Positions 17,105 through 24,790 of a stretch of DNA of 51,366 nucleotides are shown in pieces. Below the pieces are notes generated by a model. It ran no database searches. It worked only from the letters and a program-made list of their open reading frames with translations, and was not told the DNA's origin. Position 1 is the stretch's first letter; each line of letters begins with the position of its first letter. Location of the stretch: positions 1 through 51,366 of the forward strand of contig CAYHWE010000003.1 of assembly GCA_964360445.1 (NCBI GenBank), given 5' to 3'. A program made the translations under genes and the position numbers. Origin of the DNA: an uncultured Gammaproteobacteria bacterium (lineage in GTDB: Bacteria > Patescibacteriota > Patescibacteriia > Patescibacteriales > JAKAJF01).

Positions 17105-17413
17105 ATGGATTTCAAAGATCTAGAAAAGGCTAATTTAGAGAGATGTAATAAATCGTTTTTCGGGATAAACGAATGGTCGCCGACTGATTGGGCGACTGCT
17201 TTGGCCGGCGAGTGCGGGGAGGCATGCAACCTGATCAAGAAGATGAGAAGAGGGGAGAATATCGATATCAATGAAATCGGCAAAGAATTGGCAGATGTTG
17301 TCGGTTATGCTGATTTGCTCGCGACCAGATTGGGATTATCTTTGAGTGAATGCGTCAAAGATAAATTCAACGAAGTTTCTGATCGTGTTAAGAGTGATAT
17401 AAGACTTAGTTAG
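17105..17413 (+). CDS. MazG-like nucleotide pyrophosphohydrolase family protein
   Basis: WSPTDWATALAGECGEACNLIKK ... ELADVVGYADLLATRLGLSL ... KFNEVSDR fits a four-helix MazG-like layout. The ORF start at 17066 lies inside the repeat, so the ATG at 17105 is preferred. Confidence 0.65.
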   Translation: MDFKDLEKANLERCNKSFFGINEWSPTDWATALAGECGEACNLIKKMRRGENIDINEIGKELADVVGYADLLATRLGLSLSECVKDKFNEVSDRVKSDIRLS

Positions 17414-17478
17414 TCCGCCTTTGCTACGCCGAAGCTCGTCATGCGAGCGTAGGCGAGTTGCGGAATAAATAAAAAAAT

Positions 17479-17715
17479 ATGGAACAACTAATTCAAAATC
17501 CGTGGATCATTGTTGCTTTGGCTCTTTGGACTCTGCCTTGGAAAGGCTGGGCGTTATGGATTGCAGCCAGGAAAACCAATAAGGCTTGGTTCATCGCCTT
17601 GTTAGCCTTGAACACTTTGGCGATTTTAGAAATTTTGTATATTTTCGTTTTCAGCAAGGAGAAAAAAGTTGAAGAAAAAACTCCTGAAAATAACACAAAC
17701 CAGGAAATAAAATAA
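17479..17715 (+). CDS. Small two-TM membrane protein (DUF5652-like, from memory)
   Basis: WTLPWKGWALWIAARKTNKAWFIALLALNTLAILEILYIF resembles a small protein family common in Patescibacteria. Confidence 0.6.
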   Translation: MEQLIQNPWIIVALALWTLPWKGWALWIAARKTNKAWFIALLALNTLAILEILYIFVFSKEKKVEEKTPENNTNQEIK

Positions 17716-17721
17716 ATTTTC

Positions 17722-17877
17722 ATGAAAGGCTCATCGAGGACTAAAACCGGTTCAAGGAAAGGCAATCCTGCCTACAGGACGCCGTCTGTATTCAAGTATA
17801 AAAAATCCCTAGGAACTCAAAAAAATAAACTCCGAACCCCGACCCCGAAAAAGCGCAAAAGCGCTCTCGGGGTATAA
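17722..17877 (+). CDS. Candidate small, very basic protein (51 aa), below the ORF-track cutoff
   Basis: MKGSSRTKTGSRKGNPAYRTPSVFKYKKSLGTQKNKLRTPTPKKRKSALGV fills the 170-nt gap before murF. I see no clear SD and recognise no family. Confidence 0.3.
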   Translation: MKGSSRTKTGSRKGNPAYRTPSVFKYKKSLGTQKNKLRTPTPKKRKSALGV

Positions 17878-17885
17878 GTCAAAAA

Positions 17886-19151
17886 ATGAACAAAATCATT
17901 AAGTTAAAATTAAAACTATTAGCCAAGCTCATTATTTTCAGGCATAAGCCTAAAATAATAGGCATTACCGGCAGTGTCGGAAAAACAAGCACTAAGGAAT
18001 TCGTTTATCAGGTTCTTTCAAGGAAATTTAGGGTCAGGAAGAACATAAAAAATTATAATAATGAAATCGGTTTGCCTTTGACTATTATCGGCATGGAGTC
18101 GCCAGGCAGATCCATTTCGGGTTGGATCAAGTTATTTTTCAAATCTCTTGAGGTTTTATTAAAAAAAGATTACCCGGAAATCCTGGTATTGGAGATGGGC
18201 ATCGATAAGCCTGGTGATATGGCTTATCTTTTAAGCATTGCTAAATGTGATATTGGTATTTTAACCAAAGTCGGTTATTCTCATTTAGAGTATTTCAAGA
18301 CTATAGATAAAGTCAGGGAAGAAAAAGGCTTATTGATAAGAAGTTTGGGCGAAACGGATTGGGCTGTTTTGAATTATGATGATGAGAAAGTGCGCAGCTT
18401 GGCTAAAGAAACGAAGGCGAATGTTTTGACTTATGGCAGTGATAATCAGGCAATGGTAAAAGCGCAAAATATCCAGTTCAGCAAGGCTGGAGAAGATATT
18501 AAATCTGATTTTGATATAGTGTACAAAAATATTATTCACATCGGATTGGCTGGACTTGTCGGTCAACCTGTTGTCGAGGCGAGTTTGGCTGCGGCTTGCG
18601 TCGGAATGATTTTTGAAATCGATCCAGAAGAAATAATCTCTGCTTTAAAAGAAATAAAACCGATTGCAGGCAGGATGAATTTTATTGCTGGACAAAAGGG
18701 CTCGATCATAATTGATGATACTTATAATGCCTCTCCGCAATCAACAATCGCCGCCTTGAATACGGTAAAGGAAATCAGTGCGGAGGGAAGAAGGATTGCT
18801 GTTTTAAGCGATATGTTTGAACTCGGAAATAAAACTGAAGAAGGGCATAGGGATGTGGGAAGGCGGGCTGCAGAACTAGGGTTTGATATTTTGATCGCGG
18901 TCGGCAAGGATTCATATTTTACCGCGCTCAGCGCAAAGATTGCGGGCATGGATCCAAACAATGTATTTTATTTCAAGGATCGCGATGAGGCCGCAGTATT
19001 CCTGCTGAATTCAATACAGCAGAGCGACCTGATTTTAGTAAAAGGATCGCAGGGAATGAGAATGGAAAGAATAATTAAAAAAATAATGGCAAAACCAGAA
19101 AGAGCAGGGGAGTTGTTGGTAAGGCAGGATGAAGAATGGTTAAAAAAATAA
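17886..19151 (+). CDS. murF: UDP-N-acetylmuramoyl-tripeptide--D-alanyl-D-alanine ligase
   Basis: P-loop ITGSVGKTSTKE, NYNNEIGLPLT, DDTYNASPQS and a C-terminal Mur ligase domain are present. Length is 421 aa. Confidence 0.85.
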   Translation: MNKIIKLKLKLLAKLIIFRHKPKIIGITGSVGKTSTKEFVYQVLSRKFRVRKNIKNYNNEIGLPLTIIGMESPGRSISGWIKLFFKSLEVLLKKDYPEILVLEMGIDKPGDMAYLLSIAKCDIGILTKVGYSHLEYFKTIDKVREEKGLLIRSLGETDWAVLNYDDEKVRSLAKETKANVLTYGSDNQAMVKAQNIQFSKAGEDIKSDFDIVYKNIIHIGLAGLVGQPVVEASLAAACVGMIFEIDPEEIISALKEIKPIAGRMNFIAGQKGSIIIDDTYNASPQSTIAALNTVKEISAEGRRIAVLSDMFELGNKTEEGHRDVGRRAAELGFDILIAVGKDSYFTALSAKIAGMDPNNVFYFKDRDEAAVFLLNSIQQSDLILVKGSQGMRMERIIKKIMAKPERAGELLVRQDEEWLKK

Positions 19152-19220
19152 GTTAATTAGGGATTAGTTGATTAGTAGTTAGGTTTTTCCTGATTAACTG
19201 ATTAATTGATTAACTATCCA
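19152..19220 (+). repeat. Intercistronic element GTTAATTAGGGATTAG ... CTGATTAACTGATTAA, copy 2 of 2
   Basis: It starts right after the murF stop and ends at the ATG of the aminotransferase. It is homologous to 2190-2266. Confidence 0.7.
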
Positions 19221-20399
19221 ATGTTCAACAGGACAAAAGATTTAAAGCTTTCCATAATCAAGCAAATAGAATTAAAGGCTTCAAAATATGCTGATGTCGT
19301 GTCTTTGGCGCAAGGCATTCCTAATTTTGATACGCCGCAAAGCATAAAAGGGCGGGTGGAAAATGCCTTAAGAAGGGGCGCTGTCGCAAAATATTCCCTA
19401 AGTCCCGGGTTGCCTGAATTACGGGAGCAAATCGAGATTTCTTTGGCGCGCGGAAATATGTTTTATGATTGGGAAAAAGAGATTCTGATCACGGCGGGAT
19501 CGATTGAGGGAATAACAGCGACGATTTTGGCTATTACTGAGCCGGGTGATGAGATTGTCATCCCCGAACCGACATATACCAGTTATCGCGAAGTCATTAT
19601 TTTAGCGGGATGTAATCCTGTTTTCGTTCCTTTGGATGAGGAGGGGGGATGGGCTTTTGATCTGGAAAAATATGAGAAAGCGATCACCCCAAAAACAAAA
19701 GCGATTTTTTACTGTAATCCCAATAATCCGACCGGGACTATTTATTCGAAAGAACAGCTTCTTGGATTAGCTGAATTGGCCAAAAAGCATGATTTATTTT
19801 TGATTTCTGATGAGGTGTATAAAGATTTTATCTACACAGAAAATAAGAATAAGCTTTTTTCTTTGGCTGAAATCCCAGAATTAAGGAGAAAAGTCATCAG
19901 GATTTTTTCTTTTTCAAAGGCTTACGCCTTGACCGGATGGCGTGTCGGTTATGTTCATAGCGATGAATCTATTATCAAAGAGATAGTAAAGGTCCATGAT
20001 TGCCTTGTTACCTGCGCGCCGACAATTTCGCAATATGCCGCTTTGGGCGCCCTAGAGATGGGTGATAGCGATCTGGAATATTTTATCAAAGAATTCAAAA
20101 AACGACGCGATCTGATCTGCGATAGATTGGATGATCTGAAACATATCTTCAGTTATGTAAGGCCGAATAGCGCTTATTATGTATTTCCTGAAATAAACGC
20201 CAGATACTTAGAAGGTAAGAAAGACCCGTCTTGGGATTTTGCATTGGAAATATTAGACAAAGCTCAGGTTGCGGTTGTTCCCGGATTTGCTTTCGGGCCG
20301 AATGGCGAAGGCCATTTAAGGATCAGTTTTGGCAGGAGCGAGGATGATATCAATAAGGCTTTTGACCGATTGGACAGACATTTTAAATTAAAAATGTAA
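19221..20399 (+). CDS. Pyridoxal-phosphate-dependent aminotransferase, class I/II fold
   Basis: NPNNPTG, SDEVY and SFSKAYALTGWRVGY (PLP lysine) are present. The ORF opens with TTG at 19206, so the ATG at 19221 is preferred. Confidence 0.85.
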   Translation: MFNRTKDLKLSIIKQIELKASKYADVVSLAQGIPNFDTPQSIKGRVENALRRGAVAKYSLSPGLPELREQIEISLARGNMFYDWEKEILITAGSIEGITATILAITEPGDEIVIPEPTYTSYREVIILAGCNPVFVPLDEEGGWAFDLEKYEKAITPKTKAIFYCNPNNPTGTIYSKEQLLGLAELAKKHDLFLISDEVYKDFIYTENKNKLFSLAEIPELRRKVIRIFSFSKAYALTGWRVGYVHSDESIIKEIVKVHDCLVTCAPTISQYAALGALEMGDSDLEYFIKEFKKRRDLICDRLDDLKHIFSYVRPNSAYYVFPEINARYLEGKKDPSWDFALEILDKAQVAVVPGFAFGPNGEGHLRISFGRSEDDINKAFDRLDRHFKLKM

Positions 20400-20441
20400 A
20401 TATCAAAATGCAAAATGATAATGTAAAAATTCAAAATATAT
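20400..20441. repeat. AAAATG-type low-complexity repeat (ATATCAAAATGCAAAATGATAATGTAAAAATTCAAAAT)
   Basis: It shares the box ATATCAAAATG[C/T]AAAAT with 49801-49820. Confidence 0.55.
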
Positions 20442-20522
20442 TGTCATTTCGAATGAGCGGAGTGAGTGAGAGATCTCTGTAAGCGCATCGGATTAGATCT
20501 CTCGCATCCGCTCGAGATGACA
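20442..20522. repeat. 81-bp palindromic TGTCAT...ATGACA element, copy 2
   Basis: TGTCATTTCGAATGAGCGGAGTGAGTGAGAGATCTCTGTAAGCGCATCGGATTAGATCTCTCGCATCCGCTCGAGATGACA. Confidence 0.8.
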
Positions 20523-20532
20523 AAGTGAATGT

Positions 20533-21273
20533 ATGAAATTTATCTTCAAAAAAATATTACAACAATATTTAAAATATCTTGCAAAAATAACTTTATTAAT
20601 CCATCGGCCGCAAATCATTGCTGTTGCCGGAAGTATCAATAAGACATTTACCAAAGATGAGGTTTGTCGCGTCCTGAATGAGGTTGGACTAAGCGCTAGG
20701 TCAAATCCAAGAGCGTTTAATACTGAAATAGGATTATCATTATCTATTTTGGATCTTTCCAGCGGATATGGTTCTTATGCAAAATGGTTACCGGTAATTT
20801 TGCGCGCGCCATTAAATATTTTCCAGAAAAATTTTCCCCGATTCCTGATATTGGAGTTCGGAATTTCCGATCCCGGAGATATGAAATTCCTTTTATCTGT
20901 TGTTAAGCCGCATATAGCCATAATTACGGATATCACGCAAAGATATATTGAAGGGTTTGATAACGTGGAGGAACTGATCGGCGAGTATGAATATTTGGCG
21001 GCACATTTGGACAAAAAAGGATTGCTGATTCTGAATTATGATAATATGAGAGTGAGAGCATTGGCAAAAATTTCCCGGGCCAGAGCAACATCCTTTGGCC
21101 TGGAAAATGGCGCGGACTGGAAAGGGGAGCTGGGCGGGGATAATGTCTGCCAAGCAGTTAAAATACAGGGCAAAAACAAGGAATTCAAGCTTATCCGCCA
21201 TGGGATGCACCATGTTTATTCAGCACTTATTGGTCAAATAATAGCTTATGTTAGCCAAAAAAATAAGGTTTAA
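20533..21273 (+). CDS. Truncated MurF-like Mur ligase paralog (N-terminal and central domains only, altered P-loop)
   Basis: It is collinear with MurF residues about 1-235 (IIAVAGSINKTFTKDE vs IIGITGSVGKTSTKEF; AFNTEIGLSLS vs NYNNEIGLPLT; ILEFGISDPGDM vs VLEMGIDKPGDM). It ends at 246 aa without the C-terminal domain. Confidence 0.7.
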   Translation: MKFIFKKILQQYLKYLAKITLLIHRPQIIAVAGSINKTFTKDEVCRVLNEVGLSARSNPRAFNTEIGLSLSILDLSSGYGSYAKWLPVILRAPLNIFQKNFPRFLILEFGISDPGDMKFLLSVVKPHIAIITDITQRYIEGFDNVEELIGEYEYLAAHLDKKGLLILNYDNMRVRALAKISRARATSFGLENGADWKGELGGDNVCQAVKIQGKNKEFKLIRHGMHHVYSALIGQIIAYVSQKNKV

Positions 21274-22084
21274 TTATCGACAAAAACAATATTCAAATCC
21301 ATTTTTTTCCCGCAATAACAGGGGGGCGCGACCTGGGAAAAAATGGCTTAAAAGGGTCATGTTTTTATTGATCTTAGCGGCCGTTTTAACCTTGGTTTGG
21401 TTTATTTATTTTTCTCCATACTTTAAGATAAAAAGTTTTAAAATCAACGGTTTGAATAGGATCTCCAGCGCTGAAATTGAAAATTCATTCTGGAGCCAGG
21501 CTGATAAAAGAAAATTATTTTTCAGTTCACAAAAAAATTTATTCCTATTCGATGAAGACGAATTTATTTCATCAATAAATGATAGATATAATTTTATTTC
21601 CGTAGAGCTTAAGAACGACCTGCCTGACGCTTTTATCCTGGATTTGAAGGAAAGGGAACCTATCGCGATATGGAATGAGGATGGAAATAATTTCCTGATT
21701 GATAATGAGGGGTATATCATAGTTCCGGCTTCACAGGCTGATTTTGATCAAAAAATGCCGATGATTGAAAACCATAGCGGCAATAAGGTTTCCGATAAAA
21801 AGATAGGCATCAGCCAGAAAAAAAATGATTTTATTTTAAACATCTTTACTGATTTCAAGGACAGCAAAATCGATTATCAAATTGAAAAAGTTTTCATTGA
21901 AAACGATGTCGACACCATAAAAGTCTTATTATCAAATGGCCCCTTTATTTTATTGAATTCAAGAGGGGACTCAGATAAGCAGATCGAGAAAATCTCGTCC
22001 CTTTATAGGGATATGCATAAGGATGAATTCGCTAAAAATGAGTATTATGACTTAAGATATGGCGACCGGGTTTATTATAAATAA
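21248..22084 (+). CDS. ftsQ: Cell division protein FtsQ/DivIB-like (POTRA domain)
   Basis: It has a basic N-terminus, one TM (VMFLLILAAVLTLVWFIYF), a POTRA-like FKIKSFKINGLNRISSAEIE, and dcw-type context. Confidence 0.75.
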   Translation: MLAKKIRFNYRQKQYSNPFFSRNNRGARPGKKWLKRVMFLLILAAVLTLVWFIYFSPYFKIKSFKINGLNRISSAEIENSFWSQADKRKLFFSSQKNLFLFDEDEFISSINDRYNFISVELKNDLPDAFILDLKEREPIAIWNEDGNNFLIDNEGYIIVPASQADFDQKMPMIENHSGNKVSDKKIGISQKKNDFILNIFTDFKDSKIDYQIEKVFIENDVDTIKVLLSNGPFILLNSRGDSDKQIEKISSLYRDMHKDEFAKNEYYDLRYGDRVYYK

Positions 22085-22104
22085 TCAACAGCTAGGCCGG
22101 CAGA

Positions 22105-22134
22105 TTGACAAAAGTGCGTTTAATGTGGTAATAT
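22105..22134 (+). promoter_or_regulatory. Near-consensus sigma70-type promoter
   Basis: TTGACA, an 18-nt spacer, then TAATAT, followed by a CCGCGG...CCGCGG hairpin and the small ORF at 22190. Confidence 0.45.
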
Positions 22135-22189
22135 ATATGGATTTGCTCCGCGGGCAGTTCCGCGGAATTTAATTATTTTTTAAAAAAAT

Positions 22190-22348
22190 ATGGGTTTCAT
22201 AGATCCAGAGACAGCTTTTAAAATCGTGTTTTTTATAGCCATTGTAATTTTCTGCTTGGTTACGATCGGATTCTTTTTATTGGCTATGAAAATTTTATTG
22301 TTATTCATACCAGAGATAACCCTGATGGGCATAAATTTCAGCCATTAG
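22190..22348 (+). CDS. Candidate small membrane protein (52 aa), below the ORF-track cutoff
   Basis: MGFIDPETAFKIVFFIAIVIFCLVTIGFFLLAMKILLLFIPEITLMGINFSH has one or two hydrophobic helices and sits downstream of a good promoter. Confidence 0.35.
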   Translation: MGFIDPETAFKIVFFIAIVIFCLVTIGFFLLAMKILLLFIPEITLMGINFSH

Positions 22349-22459
22349 GCCAAGTTATTGGCATTCTTATCTTATTGATGCTATACTTGGATTAATCTAC
22401 ATTATGCGAAGTGATATATATAATAAGACTATTTAAGCTTTAATCATTCCCCATGCATT

Positions 22460-23413
22460 ATGGCTACTAAAATAATAATCGATCATCTGACTGATTTTCT
22501 TGATTATATTGAAATTGAAAAAGGTCTTTCCTCCAAAACTCAGGAAAATTATTCCCGTTTCTTGAATAAGTTTTTTAAATGGCTGAAAGATAATAAACTT
22601 GATAAGCTTACTCCGGACAGGCTGGACGCTGATCATGTCTGGAGATATAAAGTTTTCCTATCAAGACATATCGATCCGCGCACCAAACTGCCGTTAAAAA
22701 AGACTACCCAGAATTGTTATCTGATAGCCTTAAGGAGTCTATTGGATTTTTTTGTTGAGAAAAATATATCTTCCCTGCCGCCGAATAAAATAAAATTAGC
22801 CAGGGACAAGAATGATAAGGAAATCAAATTTTTGAAATTGGAACAGGTTGAAAGACTGCTCTCCTCCCCTAGCCCCAAAAGCATTATCGGTCTGCGCGAC
22901 AGAGCGATTTTAGAAACATTGTTTTCCACCGGACTCCGAGTTTCAGAATTGGTCAGTCTGGATCGGGATCAGGTAAGGATAAGAAGTGGTGTGGATGATC
23001 TGGAGATTGTTATAACCGGTAAGGGCGGCAAGGTGCGCACGGTTTATTTTTCAGGACGCGCGATAAGAGCGATAAGGGATTATTTTGACAGGCGCATGGA
23101 TACTGATGAGGCATTATTCATAAATTACAGTTCGGGAGGAAAAGAATCAACAGAGTCGCGCAGATTGAGTGTTAAAAGCATTGAGGATGTGGTCAAGAAA
23201 TATATTAAGCTGGCGGGCTTGCCTGTTATGGCTACCCCACACACCCTGCGCCACTCTTTCGCTACCGACCTACTGTCTAATGGCGTCGATCTCCGCTTGG
23301 TGCAGGAATTTCTAGGCCATAAGAATATTTCCACCACCCAGATCTATACCCATGTCACAAGCAAGCAGTTAAGGGATATCCACAGAAAAATACATAGCAA
23401 AAGAAGGATATAA
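22460..23413 (+). CDS. Tyrosine site-specific recombinase, XerC/XerD family
   Basis: It has an N-terminal SAM-like domain plus the catalytic set (R in GLRVSEL, HTLRHSFAT, LGHKNISTTQIYTHV). Confidence 0.85.
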   Translation: MATKIIIDHLTDFLDYIEIEKGLSSKTQENYSRFLNKFFKWLKDNKLDKLTPDRLDADHVWRYKVFLSRHIDPRTKLPLKKTTQNCYLIALRSLLDFFVEKNISSLPPNKIKLARDKNDKEIKFLKLEQVERLLSSPSPKSIIGLRDRAILETLFSTGLRVSELVSLDRDQVRIRSGVDDLEIVITGKGGKVRTVYFSGRAIRAIRDYFDRRMDTDEALFINYSSGGKESTESRRLSVKSIEDVVKKYIKLAGLPVMATPHTLRHSFATDLLSNGVDLRLVQEFLGHKNISTTQIYTHVTSKQLRDIHRKIHSKRRI

Positions 23414-23425
23414 AAATTACGCTTG

Positions 23426-23481
23426 ACACTTAAAAAATAATACCCCTTCTTCAAACGGAAAGGGTATTATTTTTTAAGTGT
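23426..23481. terminator. Bidirectional terminator: perfect 20-bp inverted repeat with a 16-nt loop
   Basis: ACACTTAAAAAATAATACCC ... GGGTATTATTTTTTAAGTGT lies between the convergent recombinase and M23 peptidase genes. Confidence 0.7.
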
Positions 23482-23482
23482 T

Positions 23483-24709
23483 TTACGGCAAGTATTCAAG
23501 CGGATTAACCGGTATCCCATTCGAACGGACTTCGAAGTGGAGATGCGATCCGGTTGTCATCCTGCCGGCGCCGGGAGTGCCCGGGAGGCCGCCTGAGAGC
23601 CCTATTGTCTGGCCTTGGACGACATACTCATCTTCTTTTACATAAATCTTAGAAACATGGCCGTATACGGTCGACAATCCGTCGCCATGGACGACCATGA
23701 TATAACTATACCCTTTTCCGGCGTCTTTCGCCTTTGCCACATATCCGGAGGCCGCTGCTTTCAACGGAGTTCCCTGCCCGGCTCTTATGTCTATGGCAGG
23801 GTGCTCAAAGACATATTTAAACGGATATTCAGGATCATGGAAATATGCCGTTATTTTATTTTTAGGGACAGGCCAGATCAATCCGCTATCATTAAATTCT
23901 AATTTCTTTTCGGACATCTGGGCCATCTTTTCGCGGACAGCCTTTTCCAGCCCGGAAATCTCATTTGCCGCCTGCAACTGTTCTTGCTTGGCCGCCGCCA
24001 ATAATCTTTGGAATTCTTTTTCCGACTGCTTGGTCTGGTCAAGGATGAAAGATTTATTTTCTTTTTCATCTTCCAGGGTTTTTTTATCTTCTTCCAGTTT
24101 TATTTTCAGTTGAGCCAATTCTTTCTGTTTTTCAGCAAGGGATAGTTTATTTTCTTCCAATTCTTCCCTGTGAGCCTTCAGACTGTCAAGACTTAATCCT
24201 ATTTCCATGTTCAGATCTTCAAGATATTTTATCTGGTTCATGAATTCGGAGAATGAATTGTTCAGCAATATTATTTCCAATGTGCTTGCCAGATCCTGCT
24301 TGTTTATGAGCTTCAGGGCGGCTGCGATCTGGTCCTTTTCCTTCTCTATCTCCCTGTTCTTTTCGTCTATTTCAATGTCATTTTTCCTTATTTCAAGATT
24401 AGCTCTGTCTATTTCCGTTTCCGTGCTTTCAATATCCAATCCGAACTTGGCCAAGCGGTTTTCAAGGATGGACAGCTGATTGTTAAGACTGGCTTTTTCT
24501 TCCTGCTTTTGCCGGATCGCTTTAGCGTATAACTCCTGTTTTGACTGGATTTTTTTCGTCTGATCTTTCTTTGTCTGGATTTCTTTATTCAATTCCTTTA
24601 TTTCATTATTCTCATCAATGGCAATCAGGTTTTTCAGATGAAAAAACTTAGGCGCAAAAACAAAGCCTAATATGAATAAAAATATGAGCGCATAGGTGAT
24701 TTTTCTCAT
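23483..24709 (-). CDS. Coiled-coil M23 family metallopeptidase (EnvC/PcsB-like murein hydrolase activator or endopeptidase)
   Basis: It has a signal/TM (ITYALIFLFILGFVFAP), about 250 aa of heptad-rich E/K/Q/L sequence, and a C-terminal M23 domain (HPAIDI ... HGDGLSTVYGHVS ... GSHLHFEV). The ATG at 24709 is preferred over the ORF start at 24763. Confidence 0.85.
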   Translation of the reverse strand: MRKITYALIFLFILGFVFAPKFFHLKNLIAIDENNEIKELNKEIQTKKDQTKKIQSKQELYAKAIRQKQEEKASLNNQLSILENRLAKFGLDIESTETEIDRANLEIRKNDIEIDEKNREIEKEKDQIAAALKLINKQDLASTLEIILLNNSFSEFMNQIKYLEDLNMEIGLSLDSLKAHREELEENKLSLAEKQKELAQLKIKLEEDKKTLEDEKENKSFILDQTKQSEKEFQRLLAAAKQEQLQAANEISGLEKAVREKMAQMSEKKLEFNDSGLIWPVPKNKITAYFHDPEYPFKYVFEHPAIDIRAGQGTPLKAAASGYVAKAKDAGKGYSYIMVVHGDGLSTVYGHVSKIYVKEDEYVVQGQTIGLSGGLPGTPGAGRMTTGSHLHFEVRSNGIPVNPLEYLP

Positions 24710-24763
24710 ATGTTTATTATAACATAAAAAAAACCTACATTCAAAATGAATATAGGTTTTCAT

Positions 24764-24783
24764 TTTGTCATTGCAATGACAAA
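24764..24783. repeat. Perfect 20-bp palindrome TTTGTCATTGCAATGACAAA
   Basis: It lies between gltX and the M23 gene and shares the TGTCAT/ATGACA core with the elements at 8542, 17015, 20442 and 34505. Confidence 0.7.
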
Positions 24784-24790
24784 GAAGATA

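Noticed and set aside
22460-23413. The tyrosine recombinase as a marker of an integrated mobile element or prophage.
   Set aside because: The flanks are housekeeping genes (ftsQ, M23 peptidase, gltX). I saw no att-like direct repeats, phage genes or compositional break. The sequence looks like the chromosomal XerC/XerD type.
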